DNA of 64,000 nt, taken from the NCBI GenBank assembly GCA_964344615.1, contig CAYFOC010000001.1, positions 802 through 64,801 on the forward strand, given 5' to 3'. Positions 58,190-64,000 of this stretch are shown here, in pieces. Within the stretch, counting starts at the first letter, position 1, and the number at the start of each line of letters is the position of its first letter. Under the pieces are notes generated by a model. The model saw nothing but the letters and a program-made list of their open reading frames with translations. It was not told the origin of the DNA and searched no databases. The stretch comes from an uncultured Methylococcus sp. Lineage in GTDB: Bacteria > Pseudomonadota > Gammaproteobacteria > Methylococcales > Methylococcaceae. A program made the position numbers and the translations under genes.

Positions 58190-59569
58190 TTAGCGTTTGT
58201 CTCTGAATTTGATGCCGAGCGAATTCAGCTTGCGATACAGATGGGTCCGTTCGAGACCAATCGCCGTGGACAGGCGGGCAACGCTTCCTGCGTATTTGTC
58301 GAGATGGTATTCCAGATAGGCCTTTTCGAAATGCTCCCGAGCTTCCTTCAAGGGTAAATCATAGAAGTCGGGTAATTGAACCGTGCTGACTGGAGATTCG
58401 ATCACCACCTCCCCGACGGCGGTCTTTACTTCCTCTAGTTCAACGTCTTCGCCATTGTTTCCGAGAATCAGAATGCGTTGGACCAGATTCTTCAGTTCCC
58501 GGATATTTCCGAACCATGGATAGTTTCTGAGGAAATTCTGGACAGCAACTGGAAAGCGTCGGAACGGAAGCTTTTCCCTGCTGACGAAAAACTCGACGTA
58601 GTAATTGAGCAGGTCAGGAATATCTTCACTGTGTTCCCGAAGGGCTGGCACCTTGAGTGAAACGACATTCAGGAGATAATAAAGCTCCGCACGAAAGCGG
58701 CCGGATCGAACCTCATCTTCCAGTGACCGGCATGTCGAAGCAATGATGCGAACATCGACGTGGACGAGTTCACTGCCACCGATTCTCGAGAAGGAGTTGG
58801 ATTCAAGGGCACTCATCAGGCGTACCTGAGTTTCGGGCTCCATGTGAGCGACTTCATCGAGGAAAAGGGTTCCGCCATCGGCCTGTTCCAAAAGGCCATG
58901 CTGGATCTGATCACCTTCCACCCGACCGAAAAACTCAACAGCCGAATTGCTACTGGCGATGGTTCCGACGCCCACATCAATAAACGGTCCCTCACGCCGA
59001 GTGCTGTTCTGGTGCAGGTAGCGTGCTAGTGTTTCTTTACCTGAGCCAGGCTCGCCGATCAGCAGGACGCGGGTATCGTGTTGAGCCAGACGTTTGACCT
59101 GATCGCGGAGTTTCTCCATCACCAGGCTTTTGCCGATCGGTTCCGCCGGGCTGTCTATGCGCCGCTTGAAGACGATGTTTTCCTTTCGGAGTTGGGCAGC
59201 TTCCAGAGCGCGCTCGACAGTCACATTGAGCTTTGCCATCGAGAGGGGTTTTTCCAGGAAATCGTAGGCCCCCAGACGAGTTGCTTCCACCGCTGTTTCG
59301 ACGGTTCCATGTCCCGACATCATGATGACCGGGCAGAGTCCGTCTTCTCTGAGCCAATCTTTCAACAGGCTGATGCCATCTTCGTCAGGCATCCAAATGT
59401 CGAGCAAAATGAGATCAATACGATGAGAAAGTCTGGCCTCACGGGCAGTTGCAGCATTTTCAGCCACTAGAACGTCAAATCCCTCATCGACGAGAATCTC
59501 ACGAAGAAGTTCGCGAATGTCCGGCTCGTCATCAACGACTAAAATAGATTTCTTACTCAGATTGCTCAT
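58190..59569 (-). CDS. ntrX: NtrX-type response regulator (receiver, AAA+, Fis HTH)
   Basis: The receiver is 'ILVVDDEPDIRELL...DIWMPD', Walker A is 'GEPGSGKE' and the HTH is C-terminal. The expected GAFTGA loop is replaced by 'AVEFFGRVEGDQIQHG'. I moved the start to ATG 59569, which overlaps the kinase stop. Confidence 0.8.
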   Translation of the reverse strand: MSNLSKKSILVVDDEPDIRELLREILVDEGFDVLVAENAATAREARLSHRIDLILLDIWMPDEDGISLLKDWLREDGLCPVIMMSGHGTVETAVEATRLGAYDFLEKPLSMAKLNVTVERALEAAQLRKENIVFKRRIDSPAEPIGKSLVMEKLRDQVKRLAQHDTRVLLIGEPGSGKETLARYLHQNSTRREGPFIDVGVGTIASSNSAVEFFGRVEGDQIQHGLLEQADGGTLFLDEVAHMEPETQVRLMSALESNSFSRIGGSELVHVDVRIIASTCRSLEDEVRSGRFRAELYYLLNVVSLKVPALREHSEDIPDLLNYYVEFFVSREKLPFRRFPVAVQNFLRNYPWFGNIRELKNLVQRILILGNNGEDVELEEVKTAVGEVVIESPVSTVQLPDFYDLPLKEAREHFEKAYLEYHLDKYAGSVARLSTAIGLERTHLYRKLNSLGIKFRDKR

Positions 59570-61757
59570 GGACTGCTTTGGGGCCGGTTGCGATGGGAAG
59601 CGTAAGAAGGAAGCTTGCGCCATTATCATAATGGCTGTCCAGCCTGATTTCTCCGCCAAATTCTTCAATGATGCGTCTGACGATGGCAAGGCCGAGGCCC
59701 GTGCCCTTGGACTTGTTTGTCACATAAGGTTCGAAAATGCGAGTCGACTGATCCTCAGGGATCCCAGGACCATTGTCGCTGATTCTGATTTCTACAAACT
59801 CTTCCCCGGACTTTTGGATCGGACGAGTTGAGAAGGCGATTTTTCCCTGAACCCCCTGGGGAATCGCTTCCTGGGCGTTTTTTATCAAATTGTGAAGGAC
59901 CTGCCGGAGCTTCACGGGGTCTGCCATGACCGTGGGCGCTTTGCCTTCATGAGAGAACTCGAAGGCAAGCCCGCATGAAGGTGGATAGAGTCCGACCACT
60001 TCCTCGATCAGAGGACGAATGGGGGTTGGACAGAGCTGGATGATGCTTGGCTTTGCATATTCGCCAAAAGCATTCACCATGGTTTTCATCGCTTCCACCT
60101 GTTGGACGATGGTCCGCGTCGACTTCTCGAGCATTTCGAGATCGGGGCCCTCGAGGGTCTTGGCCAGCTTGTAGCGTAGGCGTTCCGCTGAGAGTTGGAT
60201 CGGTGTCAGGGGATTCTTGATTTCATGCGCGAGACGGCGAGCGACCTCGCTCCAGGCCGAGTTGCGCTGTGCCTGGATCAGTGCGGTGACATCATCAATG
60301 ACGAGGACATGGCCATTTCCATCGCCGGTCTGACCTTCGATGCTGGTGCCACGGCAAAATAATTCCTGTCGCCCGCCAGGGCCCTTGAGGCCTACCTCCA
60401 AGGTCCAAGTTTGCTTGTCTCCTTGGATCAAGGGCTTGAGCTCATTCATGAGCTCTGCAATATGCGGGTAGGCCCCGGTGAGTACGGCCAAGGGCCACCC
60501 TAAATATTGCGAGAGGTCGGCATGCAGAATCGTATTGGCAGCGGCATTGGCGGTCAGCACCGTGCCTTTTGAATCCAGGCTGAGAACGGCGGAGGAAAGG
60601 CTCGACAACAGGGTTTCGAGATAGGCGTGCTGAGATTGAAGCTCTCGTCTGGATCGTTCTGCATCATCGCGTGACTGGGCAATCTTGCTGGTCATCGTAT
60701 TGAAAGATTCCACCAGGAATCCTAATTCCCCCCGGTCTTTGACGGGAAGACGTTTCTCGAAATCACCCTCGGCCAGAGCGCGAGTCCCAAGCGCCAACAG
60801 GCGCACAGGTTCAACGATGCGTCGTATGCTCAAAAACGCCGACCACACCGCCGCGAGCAGGCTGAGCAGAAGTATCAGTGAGAGTGTGAGGGCGAAGGTG
60901 AACTTGAGTGAACCTCGCAGAAACGTCATCTCCTTGTAATGGAGATAGGCCGATTCCACGGTATCAGTCAGTTCGGCAAGATGTTTTGGAATGGGGTGTA
61001 TGGCCTGCAGATAGAGCGAATCTTCCCCCATGATGGGTGCAACAGCCCTGATTTGAAGGCCGCCGGCTCCAATGCCTTCGAGGCCCACATGGGGCTTACC
61101 GCCCCGGAGCTGGATCATGACATTGATGTCAGGAAGCGTCGGGACAATCGAATCGGTGTGGGCACCACTATAGGCAATGATGTGTCCCTGGCGAGTGAAC
61201 AGGGTCAGATCCGCATCTTCAAGTTCATTCAGTTCGTTTAACCGTACCCCCATGAGTGATACGGGGGAGGTGGCGAGTTTGCCGGCAATTTGCTCTAACT
61301 CCTTGCTTACATTGCGCATGCGCTCATCCAGCGCCGTCTGTCCAAGCGCTAGCGCATCCTCCATTCCGTGATCGATCTTTACATCGAACCAGCTGTCGAT
61401 GCTTCGATCGAGAAACTGCATGGAATAATAAAAAACGATGGCAGCCGGTGCGAGCGTCAGAAAGCTGAATAGGAAGATCATTCTGGAGGTCAGGTTTGAC
61501 CCTGCCGCCTTTTTCTTCAGTTCCTTGATGACCCAGTAGACGTTGGCGCCCACGAGCCCCAGCAACAAAAGGCCTGCCAACACGTTGGTGACGACCAGCG
61601 TGGAGTAGAGTTTCCCTAAAGCTGAAGCATCTTGTGTGGCTGAGCTCATCAATTGAAGCGACCCGAGGATCGCCATGAACATCAGCACAATGCTGAGCGT
61701 AAGAGGGGGTTTTATTGATCGAGTGGCCATCGGTATGGGGGATTGTCCATCTTCCAA
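59553..61757 (-). CDS. ntrY: NtrY-type sensor histidine kinase (multi-TM, HAMP, PAS, HisKA, HATPase)
   Basis: The H-box is 'LAHEIKNPLTPIQLSAERL', the N/G boxes are 'LHNLIKNAQEA' and 'DNGPGI...GTGLGLAIV', and there are 4 N-terminal TM helices. The start may instead be Met at 61730. Confidence 0.8.
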   Translation of the reverse strand: MEDGQSPIPMATRSIKPPLTLSIVLMFMAILGSLQLMSSATQDASALGKLYSTLVVTNVLAGLLLLGLVGANVYWVIKELKKKAAGSNLTSRMIFLFSFLTLAPAAIVFYYSMQFLDRSIDSWFDVKIDHGMEDALALGQTALDERMRNVSKELEQIAGKLATSPVSLMGVRLNELNELEDADLTLFTRQGHIIAYSGAHTDSIVPTLPDINVMIQLRGGKPHVGLEGIGAGGLQIRAVAPIMGEDSLYLQAIHPIPKHLAELTDTVESAYLHYKEMTFLRGSLKFTFALTLSLILLLSLLAAVWSAFLSIRRIVEPVRLLALGTRALAEGDFEKRLPVKDRGELGFLVESFNTMTSKIAQSRDDAERSRRELQSQHAYLETLLSSLSSAVLSLDSKGTVLTANAAANTILHADLSQYLGWPLAVLTGAYPHIAELMNELKPLIQGDKQTWTLEVGLKGPGGRQELFCRGTSIEGQTGDGNGHVLVIDDVTALIQAQRNSAWSEVARRLAHEIKNPLTPIQLSAERLRYKLAKTLEGPDLEMLEKSTRTIVQQVEAMKTMVNAFGEYAKPSIIQLCPTPIRPLIEEVVGLYPPSCGLAFEFSHEGKAPTVMADPVKLRQVLHNLIKNAQEAIPQGVQGKIAFSTRPIQKSGEEFVEIRISDNGPGIPEDQSTRIFEPYVTNKSKGTGLGLAIVRRIIEEFGGEIRLDSHYDNGASFLLTLPIATGPKAVHEQSE

Positions 61758-62293
61758 TGCGGTGACATGTAGGCTACCAGTCTTAAAGGCAGTGGGAGCG
61801 CCTCGACATCGAAGTAAAGTCGAAGGCTCGCTTCACGTTTTTCACCTGGCAGTCGTGAGGCGAGACTTGGAATCGCCCAGCCGCGGAGATGACTCAACGT
61901 GTCCAGGGCGGTTGCAAGGCTTGCATAATGAACCACGGCACCAGAGCCAAGGTCAGATACTTGATAGGACTTGGCGAGCGGCTGGTATCGAAGCTGAATC
62001 GTTCGGTCTTCTTCTACTAGCGTCTTGGTTCTGATAAAGGCCTTCAGCCGGTAAGCTCGAAATTCGATGCGAAAGGTCAGGGGAATGCCCTCCTCCAGAG
62101 CCCGAAGCGCAACTTCGGGGAATTGGTAACGAATATCGGCGGATACGATGCTATCTCCATCCCTTTCGATTAACTGCGCGCGCTGAATCGTCATTCCCTG
62201 CGTAGCCGCCAGGGCACCGAATGCCGGAGCGGCGAGAGAGATAACGGCCGCCAGACAAAGCCCCCTAGTTTGCAGCTTTCTTGAGCTTGGCAT
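61712..62293 (-). CDS. DUF4390-family periplasmic protein
   Basis: The protein has a signal peptide, 'LCLAAVISLAAPAFGALAA'. It occupies the conserved position between rsmB and ntrY. Confidence 0.6.
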   Translation of the reverse strand: MPSSRKLQTRGLCLAAVISLAAPAFGALAATQGMTIQRAQLIERDGDSIVSADIRYQFPEVALRALEEGIPLTFRIEFRAYRLKAFIRTKTLVEEDRTIQLRYQPLAKSYQVSDLGSGAVVHYASLATALDTLSHLRGWAIPSLASRLPGEKREASLRLYFDVEALPLPLRLVAYMSPHWKMDNPPYRWPLDQ

Positions 62294-63557
62294 AGTAGAA
62301 GCCGTCCATTCCGCTCATCCCGGGGAGGATTTGCCGGCCATGGGGTTCTCCCACCCCGAAATGCTCAGGAAGAAGTTCCTCTATGGCATCACTGTGAGAT
62401 CTGAGAAAGTGACCAATGACATCGCTGTTCTCCTGTCTCAGAATTGAGCATGTAGCGTACAGAAGAATGCCTCCCTCCTTGAGCATGCTCCAGGCGCTCT
62501 CAAGAATGTTTTTTTGGACTTCGGCCAGCCGGGCGATGTCCTGCGGTTTCCTCAAGATCTTGATGTCAGGATGCCTACGGATGACGCCGGTAGCAGAGCA
62601 GGGGGCATCCACCAGGATGCGGTCAAATAACTCCCCGTTCCACCACGCCTCGGGTTGTGATGCGTCACCGGCAACCAGCTCAGCCGAAATGCCTATTCGC
62701 GTGAGACTGTCAGAGACACGCTGCAGACGGGATGCATCAACATCAACCGCCACGACAACCTTTAGATCCGGGTTGGATTCCAGTATGTGGCATGTTTTTC
62801 CGCCGGGAGCTGCGCAAAGGTCGAGGACTCTGTGACCAGGCTCCGGATCAAGGAGGAATGCTGCAAGCTGTGCGGCCGCATCCTGCACGGAAACATCGCC
62901 GGCCGCAAAGCCTGGAACACCCTCGATCGGAATCGGTTCCTCCAGTACGACAGCACTTTTGACCGGATCGCAAGTCTTCGCCGCAATGCCCGCATCGCGG
63001 AGCGTAGCGAGATAGGCTTCGGTGCTGATGCGGGATTGATTGACCCTGAGGGTCATGGGTGGGTGGTCGTTATTGGCCGCGAAAATTTCAAGAACGTGTG
63101 CAGGCCAGTCCCGTTTGATCTTGTCGAACAACCACTGAGGATGGGCAAGTGCGACATGGGATACGCTGTCGATACGTTGTTCAAGACTTTCCCGGTTTCG
63201 CTGGTAGTTGCGAATCAAGGCATTGATCAGGGGTTTTGCCCAGACATCAGGCTCCACGGCTTCGACGGTTTCAGAAACCGCGGCATGCGGGGCAACCCGC
63301 ATGAATCCAATCTGATAAAAGCCGATCAGGGCGAGCATTCGGATCCGCTCGTCCTTGATCGGCTTTTGGGTTAAGGCCTGCAGCAAGGACTGTAACCTCC
63401 AATACCAACGGACGACGCCGTAGCAAAGGGCCTGAATGAAGGTTCTGTCCTTGGGTGATATATCCTCGGTCAGCCCTTGTTCAAGTGCTGCCGTCAGAGA
63501 CCTTCCATTGCGAACAACCTCCAAGAGTATATCGGCCGCTATGGCGCGAGTATTCAC
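62265..63557 (-). CDS. rsmB: 16S rRNA (cytosine967-C5)-methyltransferase
   Basis: An N-terminal NusB-like domain is present. 'LDLCAAPGGKT', 'DAPCSATGVIRRHPD' and 'LYATCS' are present. Confidence 0.9.
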   Translation of the reverse strand: MNTRAIAADILLEVVRNGRSLTAALEQGLTEDISPKDRTFIQALCYGVVRWYWRLQSLLQALTQKPIKDERIRMLALIGFYQIGFMRVAPHAAVSETVEAVEPDVWAKPLINALIRNYQRNRESLEQRIDSVSHVALAHPQWLFDKIKRDWPAHVLEIFAANNDHPPMTLRVNQSRISTEAYLATLRDAGIAAKTCDPVKSAVVLEEPIPIEGVPGFAAGDVSVQDAAAQLAAFLLDPEPGHRVLDLCAAPGGKTCHILESNPDLKVVVAVDVDASRLQRVSDSLTRIGISAELVAGDASQPEAWWNGELFDRILVDAPCSATGVIRRHPDIKILRKPQDIARLAEVQKNILESAWSMLKEGGILLYATCSILRQENSDVIGHFLRSHSDAIEELLPEHFGVGEPHGRQILPGMSGMDGFYYAKLKKAAN

Positions 63558-64000
63558 TGGGCCTCCAGACTCACCGGCAATTCAGGCCGGGAATTAAGAA
63601 AATCTCTTGATGTGATTTTGCGCCCGCCGGGCAGTTGTAGTTCAAGAATGCGCAAGTGCCCATCGGCCGTGGTAATCAAAAGTTCAGCCCCTCTCGACCA
63701 CAGGGTGCCGGGTGTTCCTATCGGAGCTTCCTGAAGAGGTTCCGCCTGCCAGATTCTCAAGGGCTCTCCACGATACCGCGTTTCAGCGACAGGCCACGGA
63801 TTGAAGGCGCGAACCTTGCGGGCAAGGGCGTCGGAAGGTTGGGTGAAATCGAGCAGCGCTTCTTCCTTGCTGATCTTGGCCGCATAAGTGACCTGAGACT
63901 CATCTTGAATCGTTGCATCAGTCTGACCTGATTCGATTTTTGGAAGGGCTGCGATCAGCGTTGTGGCCCCGAGATCGGACAGACGGTCATGTAGATCACC
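63554..64000 (-). CDS. fmt: Methionyl-tRNA formyltransferase, C-terminal part (5' end outside the window)
   Basis: The frame is open to the window edge. The C-terminal domain reads '...LRILELQLPGGRKITSRDFLNSRP', and the stop overlaps the rsmB start by 4 nt. Confidence 0.75.
   Translation of the reverse strand, partial: GDLHDRLSDLGATTLIAALPKIESGQTDATIQDESQVTYAAKISKEEALLDFTQPSDALARKVRAFNPWPVAETRYRGEPLRIWQAEPLQEAPIGTPGTLWSRGAELLITTADGHLRILELQLPGGRKITSRDFLNSRPELPVSLEAQ

Overview
This is a proteobacterial chromosomal segment, densely coding. Its synteny blocks (ilvIH-ilvC-pssA-leuA, sucAB, gltBD, tusDCB-tusE, fmt-rsmB-DUF4390-ntrYX) are typical of Beta- and basal Gammaproteobacteria. I found no rRNA, tRNA, CRISPR, IS, transposase or integrase. 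Most of the window is ordinary housekeeping. The exception is two loci that together encode a eukaryote-type sterol pathway.

Locus 1 (nt 1-10937) holds:
- a CYP51-ferredoxin fusion;
- a five-gene minus-strand operon: RND pump, periplasmic binding protein, helical-repeat lipoprotein, oxidosqualene cyclase (VSDCTAE active site, not the DxDD of hopene cyclases) and squalene epoxidase;
- an uncharacterised two-gene module wedged between them: a lipid-type GT2 glycosyltransferase plus a secreted paralogue of the lipoprotein.

Locus 2 (nt 49957-53925) holds a strikingly animal-like DHCR24 (delta-24 sterol reductase) homologue. It is divergent from an SDR/Rieske-oxygenase pair of the SdmB/SdmA (bacterial C-4 demethylation) type.

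The transport trio resembles the BstA/B/C sterol transporters of Methylococcus capsulatus. The GT2/paralogue module and the pathway layout are the best candidates for new biology.

Secondary curiosities are a prokaryotic pentameric ligand-gated ion channel, a sensor-less sigma-54 activator next to unknown membrane proteins and a chagasin-like inhibitor, a two-cysteine DsrC-type TusE, an orphan nrdB with tandem NrdR-like boxes, and an NtrX lacking GAFTGA.

All calls rest on motif reading by eye. No searches were run.
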